Notes: generated by a model from the letters alone, not told the origin. A stretch of DNA of 64,000 bases from a virus (IMGVR_UViG_3300037258_000125:4068-68067), one strand, 5' to 3'; counted from the first letter of the stretch, positions 1 to 10,726 are shown. A program made the numbers and translations.

Positions 1-388
1 CTTCAATGCGACTGCGATTGCCAACATCGCAGACAATGCGGCTTCGTCTCCACTCACCAACCTGTATGTGTCTCTGCACACAGCAGATCCTACAGCTTCA
101 GGTACTCAAACGTCATCTGAAGCCACCTATACGAGTTATGCTCGTGTAGCTGTTGCTCGTACTACGAGCGGTTGGACAGCAGCGTCTGCTCAATCGACTT
201 CGCCAGTCGCCGCTATCACGTTCCCCGCAGGAACTGGTGGTTCGGGTACCGTTACGTACTTCGGTATCGGAACGCTGACTTCAGGTACCGGCAAACTCCT
301 ATATTCGGGTACAGTCACCCCGAACATCGTTACCGGTAACGGTATCACTCCGCAGTTGACCACCGCAACGACTATCTCTGAGACATAA
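1..388 (+). CDS. Tail fibre/virion structural protein, 5'-truncated
   Basis: Frame is open from the window edge; LYVSLHTADP...EATYTSYARVAV...ITFP...GKLLYSG resembles small phage tail-associated proteins. Confidence 0.6.
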   Translation, partial: FNATAIANIADNAASSPLTNLYVSLHTADPTASGTQTSSEATYTSYARVAVARTTSGWTAASAQSTSPVAAITFPAGTGGSGTVTYFGIGTLTSGTGKLLYSGTVTPNIVTGNGITPQLTTATTISET

Positions 389-402
389 TAAGGGAGGCTA
401 CA

Positions 403-624
403 ATGGCAGACGAGAATCAGGGATCACCTGTTGAACAGGTGATCTCTTCGGCTGTAGGAATTGCAATCGGATCGAATATATCCGGTGACTCGGGTACAGC
501 AGCTCTTGTTCAAGCTGCTATGACTGAGGCAGTCAAGAAGGCTCACGAGAACAATATCACCGATCCTGAAGCCATCAAGGCACTTATGATGGATGCTCGA
601 GCCAAGGTTCTTTTGGGCTCGTAG
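403..624 (+). CDS. Hypothetical protein (tail region)
   Basis: 73 aa ORF, RBS GGGAGG before ATG. Confidence 0.6.
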   Translation: MADENQGSPVEQVISSAVGIAIGSNISGDSGTAALVQAAMTEAVKKAHENNITDPEAIKALMMDARAKVLLGS

Positions 625-646
625 CAACAGTTAAGGCTACCTCGCA

Positions 647-2887
647 ATGTCTTGGGTTGAAACTGATCTAGGTAGTAATAGTAATACCTCCGGCGCTACG
701 CTGGGGCTTTCTGTTGCCAGCATTCTCGCTGTAGGTACATTAGTCGTAATTGGCGTTGGAGACAAATCAGTTGCTTCATCTGGAGGATCATTAACAGATA
801 GTCAAGGTAATACTTATACATCCATTGTAGCAGGCGTTATTGGATCCTCTACTCACGGGTTTGGGCAGGTCTTCTATTCGATCCTCACTACAGCTCTAAC
901 GACCCTTGATACATTTACGTATACAAAGCAGACTAGTGGCGCTGTCGCTAGCATGTCCGCTATGGCGGCGACGGGAGGTTTATCGTCAAGTGACTTAGAT
1001 TCTTCGGTAACTGTTACAGGGACCGTTTCATCTGGGGCTTCACTCTCGGTTACCACAGGAACGCCTTCAGTTGCTGGTGATCTTCTCGTTGCATTCGCAA
1101 TAGCATCACGAGGTAGTTCACTATCTGCTGTAACTCCAGATCCAAGTCATGGATGGATATTTCCACCCCTTGACGCTGTACAATCTGGTACCGCAGGTAC
1201 TGATATATCCAGTGCCGGCGCTTATCAGGTTAATGCGGGGACATCCACCACGGTTTGGGCAGTATCTACGTCTAATAGCGGTCAATTAGTATCGTTTGTA
1301 GTTGGCTTCAAAGTTAGTACTAGCACAGTTACGACAGGTGCTGGTTCATCTGCTGGTACCGGTTCAGCAACTGCAGTAGGGTCGAGTATCGCAGCAGCAG
1401 TTGGTGTAGCCGCAGGTGGTGGTAGCTCAACTGCAGTAAGTAAGAGTACTGCTACCGCTACAGGTGTTTCGGCTGGTGCAGGATCCCCTGTAGCGGTTGG
1501 TAAGAGTACAGCTGCATCAGTAGGTACATCATCTGGTGCAGCAAATGTATCAGCCGCTGGTACAGGAATTATTCCTGCAGTAGGTATTTCAGCTGGTAGC
1601 TCATCTGCATCTAGTGCCGGTATTGATGCATCGATTGGTACAGGTACTATCGCTGGTTCAGGAACAGCCACTGCAGTAGCACAGAGTACAGCTGTTGCTG
1701 TAGGTATAGCCGCTGGTGCAGCAACTGTATCAGGCGTAGATTCAAGTGTAGCTGCATCGGTTGGTGTATCTGCTGGTGCTGCTTCTACATCAGGAGTTGC
1801 TACAGAATTAGCAAAAGCAACTGGTGTTGCATCAGGTGCTGGATCCGTAGCTGCCATAGGACTTGAATTAGCTAGTGCTACTGGTGTTGCTACTGGTGCT
1901 GGCTCAGCTGCTGGTGTCATTCAGAGTACTGCAAGATCAGTAGCAACTGCAACAGGCGCAGCTATTGTCTCTGGTGTGCTCGCTACAACGGCTGCATCAA
2001 CTGGTGTTGCTGCGGGAGCAGGGCATACTTCTGGTACGGATTCAGAAATAGCAGCAGCTGTTGGTATCGCAACAGGTGGAGGTACTACAAGCGCTGCGGG
2101 ATTATCATATGCGGCGGCGGTAGCAGCTGCTGTCGGTGGCGGTATTGCAATCGGCTCTGGAGCATTTACATCTCCATGGCCAAGACTTGCCGCTATGGCG
2201 CAGAGTCTTTCACCTGATACACTTGTCGAACTAATTACCATTGATGCGACAGGTATTGGCGGGGACGTATTTCACTTCGCGCCGTATCCAATAGATCAAC
2301 CGTCTCCTGGAGATATCCTATTCGGAGGTGTAGTGTACACTGCTATACCAATGCAGATCTCTGGATTTGTATCTGATTCGCAAGGTACGTTACCTCAACC
2401 CGTATTACAAGTCTCGAATATCGGCGGCGTATTCTCTGCAGCGATTATGGATCATGACGATTTCAAAGGCGCGATCGTCACAAGAATACGTACATACAAA
2501 CGGTATCTCGACAATGGTGATACCCCAGATCCGACTGTGTTCATGGCTCCCGATGTGTACCTGATCGATCAAAAGACTGCAGAGGATAACGTACACGTAG
2601 AATTCAAGCTCGCTGCAGCACTCGATCAACAAGGGATTCAGCTACCTCTTGGTATGGTGCTCAAACGTACTTGTACCTTGATTTATCGCCTGTATGACGG
2701 AGAACCATTCAATTATACAGAAGCAACATGCCCCTACACAGGTAGTGCATGTTTCACAGAGGATGGTGTTGCAACTGATGATACGTCACAGGATCAATGT
2801 GGACGTCTCGTATCCGATTGTGCTCTTAGATTCGGTGCAGGCAATCCTCTACCAACTTCTGCATTCCCTGGCGTATCGGAGTCGTAG
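647..2887 (+). CDS. Repeat-rich structural protein fused to a lambda gpL-like minor tail domain
   Basis: C-terminal ~230 aa: VELITIDATGIGGDVFHF...CTLIYR...CPYTG...DQCGRLVSDCALRFG (four-Cys gpL pattern); followed by K/I/J-like genes. Confidence 0.8.
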   Translation: MSWVETDLGSNSNTSGATLGLSVASILAVGTLVVIGVGDKSVASSGGSLTDSQGNTYTSIVAGVIGSSTHGFGQVFYSILTTALTTLDTFTYTKQTSGAVASMSAMAATGGLSSSDLDSSVTVTGTVSSGASLSVTTGTPSVAGDLLVAFAIASRGSSLSAVTPDPSHGWIFPPLDAVQSGTAGTDISSAGAYQVNAGTSTTVWAVSTSNSGQLVSFVVGFKVSTSTVTTGAGSSAGTGSATAVGSSIAAAVGVAAGGGSSTAVSKSTATATGVSAGAGSPVAVGKSTAASVGTSSGAANVSAAGTGIIPAVGISAGSSSASSAGIDASIGTGTIAGSGTATAVAQSTAVAVGIAAGAATVSGVDSSVAASVGVSAGAASTSGVATELAKATGVASGAGSVAAIGLELASATGVATGAGSAAGVIQSTARSVATATGAAIVSGVLATTAASTGVAAGAGHTSGTDSEIAAAVGIATGGGTTSAAGLSYAAAVAAAVGGGIAIGSGAFTSPWPRLAAMAQSLSPDTLVELITIDATGIGGDVFHFAPYPIDQPSPGDILFGGVVYTAIPMQISGFVSDSQGTLPQPVLQVSNIGGVFSAAIMDHDDFKGAIVTRIRTYKRYLDNGDTPDPTVFMAPDVYLIDQKTAEDNVHVEFKLAAALDQQGIQLPLGMVLKRTCTLIYRLYDGEPFNYTEATCPYTGSACFTEDGVATDDTSQDQCGRLVSDCALRFGAGNPLPTSAFPGVSES
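1331..2170 (+). repeat. About 14 degenerate 60-bp (20-aa) coding tandem repeats
   Basis: Units such as AAAVGVAAGGGSSTAVSKST, ATATGVSAGAGSPVAVGKST, AASVGVSAGAASTSGVATEL. Confidence 0.8.
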
Positions 2888-2888
2888 T

Positions 2889-3608
2889 ATGGACAAAAGT
2901 ATGATCATTCCCACGCTACTTCCTGTTGCGATGCTTGATATCAAATCGCATGCGGTCAGTGTTTGGCCTTTCGAATGCTGTGGTGTCATCATTGATGGTA
3001 TGTTCCATAGCAAGAAGAATAATAGCCCTGAACCTCTCACGTCATACTTAATTGACCCAAGTGAATGGTCAGATGATATTGAGGCTGTTATTCATTCCCA
3101 TCCTGATGTAACAGATGTGATTCCATCTGCTAGTGATATGGAGTACCAGCAACAGTGCGGTGTTCCATTTGGTATCATTCCCGTAAAGCAGGGATGGACT
3201 GGTGAGATGCGTTGGATTGGAGACTACACACTCAATCTACCTTTGAAGGGCAGGCAATCGATCCATGGGATCACAGATTGCTATGCACTCATTCGTGCAT
3301 ATTACTGGCAGACACGAAAGGTACTCCTGAAAGAGGTTCCAAGGGATTGGGATTGGTGGTATCAAGATATACCGAACCTGTATCTGTCTAACTTCAAAGC
3401 ATTGGGGTTCGAAGAGATTCACGACAATATGCAAGTCGGTGATGTGCATCTGATGAAGCTGCTCCCGAATACTAAGGGTCCTCATCATGCGGGTGTCGTC
3501 ACCGAAAAAGGGCTTATGCTACATCATTGGGGTTCAAGTCTTAGCTGCGAGATTCCATTGGGGCCTTGGCTAACCAGAACAACGAATAGGATGCGCTATG
3601 TTGGATAG
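2889..3608 (+). CDS. Tail assembly protein K-like (JAB + NlpC/P60)
   Basis: PFECCG, HSHP, PSASD (JAB); DCYALIR, HAG, MLHH (NlpC/P60); start placed just after the upstream stop. Confidence 0.88.
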   Translation: MDKSMIIPTLLPVAMLDIKSHAVSVWPFECCGVIIDGMFHSKKNNSPEPLTSYLIDPSEWSDDIEAVIHSHPDVTDVIPSASDMEYQQQCGVPFGIIPVKQGWTGEMRWIGDYTLNLPLKGRQSIHGITDCYALIRAYYWQTRKVLLKEVPRDWDWWYQDIPNLYLSNFKALGFEEIHDNMQVGDVHLMKLLPNTKGPHHAGVVTEKGLMLHHWGSSLSCEIPLGPWLTRTTNRMRYVG

Positions 3609-4347
3609 AGCACCGGTTCCAGTTATGAAGCAATCTACTACGTTGCGCATCATTCCAATGATCGCACCAAATAGGCTTCGCAAGATCTATCTCTCGGGAC
3701 GTCTCGGCAAACGTTTCGGTAAAGTCTTTACATTAGCTGTAGAGACTCCTGCGGAAGCTGTACGTGCTCTATCTGTACTCTGTAAAGGGTTTCGCCAAGC
3801 AATGCGCGAAGGAGATTATCGTGTTCAACGTATCGGTAAGTCCAAGACCGATCTGCCTTTGATTGGGCTCCACATGTTTATCGGTGATGCCGATATACGT
3901 ATCGTACCTGTAATGGCAGGAGCAAAGAATAGTGGTGGTTGGTTGATCCTTGCGGGTGTCGCAATCATGGCTGCTGCTATTTTCTTCGCACCGGCAGCAC
4001 TTGCAGGAGCATCCTCACTCTTTGGTGCTAATATGGGTGCAGCTGCATTCTCCATTGGCGGTCTCGCTACCGTGTCATACGGCACCATTGCTAGCATCGG
4101 TTTGATGGTTGCTTTGGTTGGTGTCTCTGCACTCTTGTCTCCGAAGCCGCAAGATCCGATCTCTACTGTCCAAGGTAATACCTTTGCTGCACTAGCTAAC
4201 GTCAGTGCTCAAGGTGTCCCAGTACCCCTTCTTTACGGTACATCCTTGGAAGGTTCGATCATTATCTCAGCTGGTATGTTCTCTCTGCAGACTACTCCTG
4301 GTGTTCCACCTCCTGAAAGTCCATCCACCTTGGTCGTAGGCGCATGA
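3598..4347 (+). CDS. Tail assembly protein I-like
   Basis: IYLSGRLGKRFG...AEAVRAL...IRIVPVMAGAK...QGVPVPLLYG. Confidence 0.88.
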   Translation: MLDRAPVPVMKQSTTLRIIPMIAPNRLRKIYLSGRLGKRFGKVFTLAVETPAEAVRALSVLCKGFRQAMREGDYRVQRIGKSKTDLPLIGLHMFIGDADIRIVPVMAGAKNSGGWLILAGVAIMAAAIFFAPAALAGASSLFGANMGAAAFSIGGLATVSYGTIASIGLMVALVGVSALLSPKPQDPISTVQGNTFAALANVSAQGVPVPLLYGTSLEGSIIISAGMFSLQTTPGVPPPESPSTLVVGA

Positions 4348-7300
4348 CGAAACACATTCCTAATCTCCGGGGTAAGATGCTTAACTCCGCAGCAATGCGT
4401 GGTAGGCTGGGTGGTGGGGCCAGTACCCATACTGCCGTCGAAGCTCCTGATAGTATCGCAACACTATCATACCTCCGCGTGATTGATCTCATCTGTGAAG
4501 GTCCTGTGAAGGCTGTTCTTAAAGATGGTCTCCAGTCACTCTATCTGAATAACGTACCTATCACTAATGAGCCTGATGGTACCCAAAACATTCTGGGATT
4601 AGCTGCTGAAACTCGTCCTGGCAATCCTTCGCAGACACCTCTAACAGGGTTTCCGGATACCGAAACGCTAATCAACGTCAACGCTCAAGTGCGTTACGGC
4701 GTACCAATCATTACCACTGCAGAGGATCCTCTCGCAACCAAGGTACGTTTCGCTATTACAATTCCCGCGCTGCTATATACGGATCCAGATTCAGGTGATA
4801 CAAACGGTACATCTGTTGATCTGTCCTTAGACGTTCAAGCTGCAGGTAGTGATTGGATCTTGAATCCAATCACAATTTCAGGTAAGACACGAGGCCAACA
4901 GATCTTAACGTATGAGATCGCGCTCCCGCCTTCTACTTCAGGGATCTGGAATCTTCGTGTCCAACGGCTCACGCTTGACAATATCTTAACCAACGTCGCT
5001 AACGATACATATTTTACGGCATTCGTAACGCTCGATGAGTTTCTATTCCAATACAACAATCGAGCGCTGTGTGGTATACAGGTCGATTCATACGCTGTTG
5101 GTGGGCAGAACCCAGTTCGTGCGTTCTTGGGTGACTGGCGCATCATCAATATCCCATCCAACTATAATTCTGTTACTCGAACGTATTCTGGGATATGGGA
5201 TGGTACATACATCCAGGATTGGACTAATAACCCTGTATGGGTTCTGAACGATATTATCACTGACAGGCGCGTCGGGCTCGGTAGATACGTTGGAGCGTTC
5301 GTCCCAGATAAGTGGAACCTATACCAGATTGCTCAGTACTGCGATGAGCTCGTCCCAGATGGTTTCGGTGGTACTGAACCCCGTTATACCTTCAATGGTA
5401 GCGTAGTCAATAACGTATCTACCCGTGAAGATGCTATGAAAGTTATCCAGGCAGTCGCTGGTACTTTTAATGGCAACGTATATTGGGGCGCTAATACAGT
5501 TCACATCTGGGCTGATATTCCCACAGACTCTTCTAAGCTTATTACACCTGCTAATATCGTTGGTGGTAAGTTTAGCTATTCAGGCACCTCTGCAAAAGCC
5601 CAACATACTGTCGCTTTGGTGTCATGGCGTAATCCGGCTAACTTCTATATCACCGAGATCGAGGTGGTAACTAATAATGCTGCACTATATCGCCTTGGCT
5701 GGAGAGAGATCAACGTCACACTCCCCGGCATTACGTCTCGAAGTCTTGCTCGACGTCTCGGTAATTGGGTTCTCGATACTGAGCAAGGAGCTCCCGGGTT
5801 CCCTCCAGAAACAGTTACGTATACAGCAGGTCTTGATAATGCTGACGCAGTGCCTGGAGAAGTTATCAATATCGGTGATCCGACAAAGCGTGCTTTCCGG
5901 GGAGAGGGTCGCTTAAAGTCTGTCACACCAAATCAGGTTACGCTCGATGCTCCCTTTACGTTCCTTACAGGCGTAACATATCAATTAGCACTAACACTAG
6001 CTGATGGTACGATATTCCTTGGGACTGTGACAAATAGTCCTGGTAAGACGGATATCGTATCGTTCCAGGAAACTTTCCCTAGTGGTAATCTTCCACTAAC
6101 GGGTAGCGTATGGGTTATGCGTTGCTCTAATGCTGAGCCCAGACAATTCCGTATCATTTCCAACAAAGAGAACGACAAACACCAATTCGAGATCACTGGT
6201 CTTCTTTACGATCCGACAAAGTATGCTCGCATCGAACAGGGCATTAACTTCGTTGCTCCCTCATTTACTGCGTTTCCTAGTGGGCCAATTTTACCGCCAT
6301 CTTCGATTGTAGTGAACGAGAGTCTAGTGCTCGCGGGTGGTGTGACTATTAGATCACTTGCTGAAGTTGCATGGTCTTCATCCGCTGACCCAAGAGTACT
6401 ACAATACGAGTTCCAGATCGGACAAGATGCATCGGGATATGGTCCTGGGAGTATTTTAACATCTACTTCCTACTCTGTGTATGATATCTCTCCTGGTACA
6501 TACAACATACGAGTCCGTTCGATTACGGCTCTTGGGCAGACGTCTGTATGGGTAACAACAGTAGTTACATTATTAGGTCAGTTTGAAGCGCCAGCTGACG
6601 TGACTAACTTTAACGTATCCATCTCTGGAGATACGTCATCGTTTACTTGGGATCCATCTCCGACATTAAACTTTGACCATTTCCAGATTAGGTATAGCAC
6701 ACAGGAAACTGGTGTAACTTGGGGCGGAGCTCAAGTCATCGCTGACAATATAACCAGCGAAAATATCCAACTCCCGACATCTTCGGGAACTTATCTGATC
6801 AAAGCTGTTACTACGAAGAGCGTTGAAAGTGTCGACGCTACTGCAATCGTAACAGACGTTGATCCTGGGACTCTCCTTAACGTCGTATCGACACTAGTTG
6901 AAAGTCCTACATTCTCTGGTACTAAGACTAATACTGTCGTTGAGAGTTCTGACCTTAGATTGTCAGGACTCACGACAATGCATGATTGGCCCTCCCTTGC
7001 ATTAGTCGCTCGGCTCTCAACTTCGATTGGTGTAGTCACATACGGGAAATATCTATTCTCGAACTATATCGATTGCGGTGCTGTGATGACGTTCAAGCTC
7101 ACCTTTGACCTTCGTGTCAGTGGTGAAGTCCAATCGTACTTCTTAAGCCAGTGGGCTACTCTACATAGTGTGCACGATCTAGACGGAGGTACATTAGGTG
7201 GATGGTCTGCTGTGTTATCATATCGGACAACGAACGATAACCCTTCGGGATCTCCTACTTGGGGTCCATGGCTACCTCTAACGACCTCTGATGTTCAAGC

Positions 7301-7634
7301 GCGGGCTGTTGAGTTCATGTTGGAGCTATACTCTGACGATGGATTCGTATCACCAAGCGTATCATATCTATCAGCGACTGTAAGTGCCCCTGACCGGTTC
7401 GAATCGCAAACTAATGTATCATCAAGTGGTGGAGCGAAGGTGATTACATTCACTAACGCTTTCCAGACCTTGGGCGGCGTGGCGGTTGCAGGATTAAATA
7501 TGACTTCGGGTGATTATTACACGATCACTAGTAAGTCAACAACAGGGTTCACGATTGAGTTCTTCAATAGCTCCGGCACACCAATCACAAGGAACTTTGA
7601 TTGGATTGCTCGTGGCTTTGGTCAGATCACTTAA
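4344..7634 (+). CDS. Tail tip/host specificity protein J-like with Fn3-like domains
   Basis: VIDLICEGP, YSGIWDGTY..WTNNPVW, AQYCDELVPDGFGGTEPRYTFN. Confidence 0.92.
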   Translation: MTKHIPNLRGKMLNSAAMRGRLGGGASTHTAVEAPDSIATLSYLRVIDLICEGPVKAVLKDGLQSLYLNNVPITNEPDGTQNILGLAAETRPGNPSQTPLTGFPDTETLINVNAQVRYGVPIITTAEDPLATKVRFAITIPALLYTDPDSGDTNGTSVDLSLDVQAAGSDWILNPITISGKTRGQQILTYEIALPPSTSGIWNLRVQRLTLDNILTNVANDTYFTAFVTLDEFLFQYNNRALCGIQVDSYAVGGQNPVRAFLGDWRIINIPSNYNSVTRTYSGIWDGTYIQDWTNNPVWVLNDIITDRRVGLGRYVGAFVPDKWNLYQIAQYCDELVPDGFGGTEPRYTFNGSVVNNVSTREDAMKVIQAVAGTFNGNVYWGANTVHIWADIPTDSSKLITPANIVGGKFSYSGTSAKAQHTVALVSWRNPANFYITEIEVVTNNAALYRLGWREINVTLPGITSRSLARRLGNWVLDTEQGAPGFPPETVTYTAGLDNADAVPGEVINIGDPTKRAFRGEGRLKSVTPNQVTLDAPFTFLTGVTYQLALTLADGTIFLGTVTNSPGKTDIVSFQETFPSGNLPLTGSVWVMRCSNAEPRQFRIISNKENDKHQFEITGLLYDPTKYARIEQGINFVAPSFTAFPSGPILPPSSIVVNESLVLAGGVTIRSLAEVAWSSSADPRVLQYEFQIGQDASGYGPGSILTSTSYSVYDISPGTYNIRVRSITALGQTSVWVTTVVTLLGQFEAPADVTNFNVSISGDTSSFTWDPSPTLNFDHFQIRYSTQETGVTWGGAQVIADNITSENIQLPTSSGTYLIKAVTTKSVESVDATAIVTDVDPGTLLNVVSTLVESPTFSGTKTNTVVESSDLRLSGLTTMHDWPSLALVARLSTSIGVVTYGKYLFSNYIDCGAVMTFKLTFDLRVSGEVQSYFLSQWATLHSVHDLDGGTLGGWSAVLSYRTTNDNPSGSPTWGPWLPLTTSDVQARAVEFMLELYSDDGFVSPSVSYLSATVSAPDRFESQTNVSSSGGAKVITFTNAFQTLGGVAVAGLNMTSGDYYTITSKSTTGFTIEFFNSSGTPITRNFDWIARGFGQIT

Positions 7635-7664
7635 CAGTTAACAAATAACTCGGGAGAGCACACA

Positions 7665-9548
7665 ATGAGTCAAGTAGTTACCACTGCAATGGATCCTACT
7701 GTAACGTCAGGGGATCAGCTCGCTACTGATTGGAACGCGCTAGTCGATGCGCTCCTATCTTTGCATAGCGGAGCGTCACGTCCATCATATGCTCAAGCAG
7801 GTCTCTTCTGGCGTGATACTTCAGGAGGTGCTACCGCAAACCTGCTAAAGTTCTACGATGGTGCGAACGACATTGTTCTTGCCACAATCAACTTGTCGAC
7901 GCATACTATTTCGATTCCTCTCGCCGTTGGTGGTACGGGCGGTAACGATGCAGCATCGGCTCGTACAGCTCTCGGCTTGGGAGCTCTTGCTACACTTGCA
8001 GCAGTTGGTACCACCCAAATCACTGACGCATCCGTCACAAACGCAAAGTTGGCAGGATCTATCGCACTATCCAAACTTGCGGCTGATGCGACTAACCTTG
8101 GTAAGTTCATCCGGTATAACCCAATTACCGGAGCTGCTGAAGCTGCGGTCCCTGGTGCAGATACCTCAAAGCTCGTTCAGGCATTTCCGACACGTAGTGG
8201 TGGACGTGGTCCGTATTCACTGTGTCCTGCGTTTCTAATGCAGGATGGTTCAATTCGTATCTTCGGTGCGGCGGGGCTCCTTGGGAACCAAGATCAGGGT
8301 GGTCAGCATGTATATCATCCCGTTCCTGCCGCTATCGACGGATTCTCTGGCAAGACTGTTGCGAAGATCTATATCGCCGGGAGCTCTGGTTATGTACTCA
8401 CGACAGATGGCAACGTCTTCGCGTGGGGCAATAATAGCAATGGCCAACTCGGACTTGGTGATACTACTAACCGATCTATCGCTACACTCATTTCATACTT
8501 CTCTTCTAATTCTATCACGGTCAACGATATCATCCTACCGCAGGGCCCTGATAGTAATCAATCAAGTGCATTCTTCCTTACGTCTACAGGTGCGATATAT
8601 GCCTGCGGATACAATAACGCAGGACAACTCGGTGATACGTCCACAACAGATCGATCTACGCCCGTTCGTTGCGGTACACTATCAAGTATGATTGGTGCGT
8701 CTTGCTCCAACCCCTCGTCTATGCATGTGTACGCTTGGGATGCTTCTGGTAATCTGTACGCTTGGGGTTATAACGCCGACGGTCAATTAGGTGATGGTAC
8801 CACCACCAATCGATCCGCACCTGTACTCATTACAGGCATGCCAAATACTGCACAAGCCCAAGCGACAGCGAACTATGATGGAGCTTCGCACCACGGTTCA
8901 GGTATTGTAATGAATACCTCTGGAGCCGTATTTGGTACCGGATATAATGGGTACGGTCAGCTTGGTGTGAATGACACATCGAACCGAAGTGCTTGGACAG
9001 CTGCGTCTACAGCTGGTGGAGCTCTTCCTGCTGCGGTAGAAGTATTTGCGGTCGGCGGAGGTATCGGGAGTCACTTCTTTAGAGATGGTAGTGGCAACAT
9101 TTACGGCGCAGGTAACAACGCAGCTGGTCAGCTCGGTGATACTACTACTACCAATCGGTCACTATTCACTAAGATCACGGCCATCACTGGAATTGTCAAG
9201 CTGGCGTGTATTGGGTACAGTTACAATGGTGTCGCGACATCAATGGCTGCTCTTACATCGGGCGGTGTACTCTATACTTGGGGATATAACGCTCAAGGGC
9301 AGCTAGGCTTAAATTCCACAACGAACGTCTTAACGCCAACTATCCCCGATATTCCTCAGGGGCTTGCAGGTGATACTATCCTCGATGTCATGGGGTTCGG
9401 TAGAAACGGAAGCGGCCAGTTCATCGCACTGCTTCTGACATCAGGACGCGTTCTTGCATCTGGTGCTCTTACGACTGTCGGTCCCGCTACTCGTGTGTAT
9501 CCGAATACTACACAGAATAATCGGCTGATGCCTATGATCTTTGCTTAG
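7665..9548 (+). CDS. Tail fibre/receptor-binding protein with RCC1-like repeats
   Basis: N-terminal fibre-anchor-like region (HSGASRPSYAQAG; GGTGG..A..ARTALGLG); six xWGxNxxGQLG(D)xTxxRS repeats. Confidence 0.8.
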   Translation: MSQVVTTAMDPTVTSGDQLATDWNALVDALLSLHSGASRPSYAQAGLFWRDTSGGATANLLKFYDGANDIVLATINLSTHTISIPLAVGGTGGNDAASARTALGLGALATLAAVGTTQITDASVTNAKLAGSIALSKLAADATNLGKFIRYNPITGAAEAAVPGADTSKLVQAFPTRSGGRGPYSLCPAFLMQDGSIRIFGAAGLLGNQDQGGQHVYHPVPAAIDGFSGKTVAKIYIAGSSGYVLTTDGNVFAWGNNSNGQLGLGDTTNRSIATLISYFSSNSITVNDIILPQGPDSNQSSAFFLTSTGAIYACGYNNAGQLGDTSTTDRSTPVRCGTLSSMIGASCSNPSSMHVYAWDASGNLYAWGYNADGQLGDGTTTNRSAPVLITGMPNTAQAQATANYDGASHHGSGIVMNTSGAVFGTGYNGYGQLGVNDTSNRSAWTAASTAGGALPAAVEVFAVGGGIGSHFFRDGSGNIYGAGNNAAGQLGDTTTTNRSLFTKITAITGIVKLACIGYSYNGVATSMAALTSGGVLYTWGYNAQGQLGLNSTTNVLTPTIPDIPQGLAGDTILDVMGFGRNGSGQFIALLLTSGRVLASGALTTVGPATRVYPNTTQNNRLMPMIFA

Positions 9549-9572
9549 TACTTCTTAACTCGGGAGGCTACA

Positions 9573-10403
9573 ATGCAAGTTGACTATAACTTCGTGATGA
9601 AGAGCAATATCCTTCTCTCTGAAGGGAAATATTGCTGGGACGCTGGTGATCCAGGAGGTCCTACGAACTTCGGGATCACATGTTACGATCTTGCAGCTCA
9701 TCGTGGGCTGAAGATGGATTCGATGGCGAAGTGGGCTCCGATTGTCAAAGCAATGACTGTCGATGAAGCTCTGGATATCTATGCAACCAAGTATGCAGTC
9801 AAGTGCCGTTTCAACGACCTCGCTTCGGGAGTTGATTACACAGTCTTGGACTATGGAATCAATTCAGGCGTCGCGCGTCCCCCACTCGTCCTATCCAAGT
9901 TGCTTGGGCTTCCTGCTTCAACTGTCATGACGGACCAAATTGTCCTCAAGACACGCCAAGTCGATCCAAAGCAGCTCATCGCATCTGTTAATGCTGAACG
10001 TCTTCACTTCATGCACCAGATTCGTGGCGGTGATGCTTGGACTCGCTTCGGTAAAGGTTGGGGAGACCGTGTGAACCATGTGATCACAGTATCTGATCAC
10101 CTCGTGGACCAGAACGGCGTTCCTCAACCACAACTGTTACCTCAGGCTCCGCCAAGCGTGGGTAAGGCCATCCACGTCGCTGATCCTGCTGTGAAGGATA
10201 ACCTGATAAAGGGTACTGGCGGAGCTACCGTCGGTTCTCAGGGACTACACCACTTCCTGACTCCGTCGCAAGTGATTGCGATAACGGCAGGCGTGGTAAT
10301 AGTAGGTGTGGGCGCCATTGCCTTACACTCATACCTCGCACATCGGAAGAACAACACAGTTGTGTTACCTCCTGGTGTGACTCCGCTCCTTAAGGCAGCT
10401 TAA
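9573..10403 (+). CDS. Endolysin, glycosyl hydrolase 108 family, with hydrophobic C-terminus
   Basis: EG...DPGGPTNFGIT, DYGINSG, FGKGWGDRV. Confidence 0.88.
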   Translation: MQVDYNFVMKSNILLSEGKYCWDAGDPGGPTNFGITCYDLAAHRGLKMDSMAKWAPIVKAMTVDEALDIYATKYAVKCRFNDLASGVDYTVLDYGINSGVARPPLVLSKLLGLPASTVMTDQIVLKTRQVDPKQLIASVNAERLHFMHQIRGGDAWTRFGKGWGDRVNHVITVSDHLVDQNGVPQPQLLPQAPPSVGKAIHVADPAVKDNLIKGTGGATVGSQGLHHFLTPSQVIAITAGVVIVGVGAIALHSYLAHRKNNTVVLPPGVTPLLKAA

Positions 10404-10416
10404 CTGGGAGGCCTCT

Positions 10417-10713
10417 ATGTTAGAGACCACGTCTCTACTCGTCATCGGAGCACTTGTCGTCGGTGTGATCCTTGGCATCTGGTTGCGTAACCATATGTCG
10501 AGTGTTGCGAGCGCTGAAGCTCGTGCGACAACCCTACCTTCAAGTGACGTCGTTGCTCTGAACTCTCGGCTCGATGGTCTCGGGACGAATCTTCAGAACG
10601 TCATCAACAAGCTCAACGCTCCAGTTGCAGGTGCACTCATTTCTCCTGCTACTCCTGCGGTGGTCGTTACTCCTACTCCTGCAGCACCTGTGGTCCCGCC
10701 ACCGGCAGCGTAA
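10417..10713 (+). CDS. Membrane-anchored protein (lysis cassette)
   Basis: N-terminal TM helix, short coiled coil, Pro-rich tail; RBS GGGAGG. Confidence 0.6.
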   Translation: MLETTSLLVIGALVVGVILGIWLRNHMSSVASAEARATTLPSSDVVALNSRLDGLGTNLQNVINKLNAPVAGALISPATPAVVVTPTPAAPVVPPPAA

Positions 10714-10726
10714 GCTTACAATAACA

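Noticed and set aside
1282-2241. Minus-strand Pro/Ala/Thr ORFs (212 and 106 aa)
   Set aside because: Shadow frames of the Gly/Ala repeat gene
7665-9548. Diversity-generating retroelement target in the fibre gene
   Set aside because: No reverse transcriptase and no adenine-variant TR/VR pair seen; the repeats are protein-level RCC1 units
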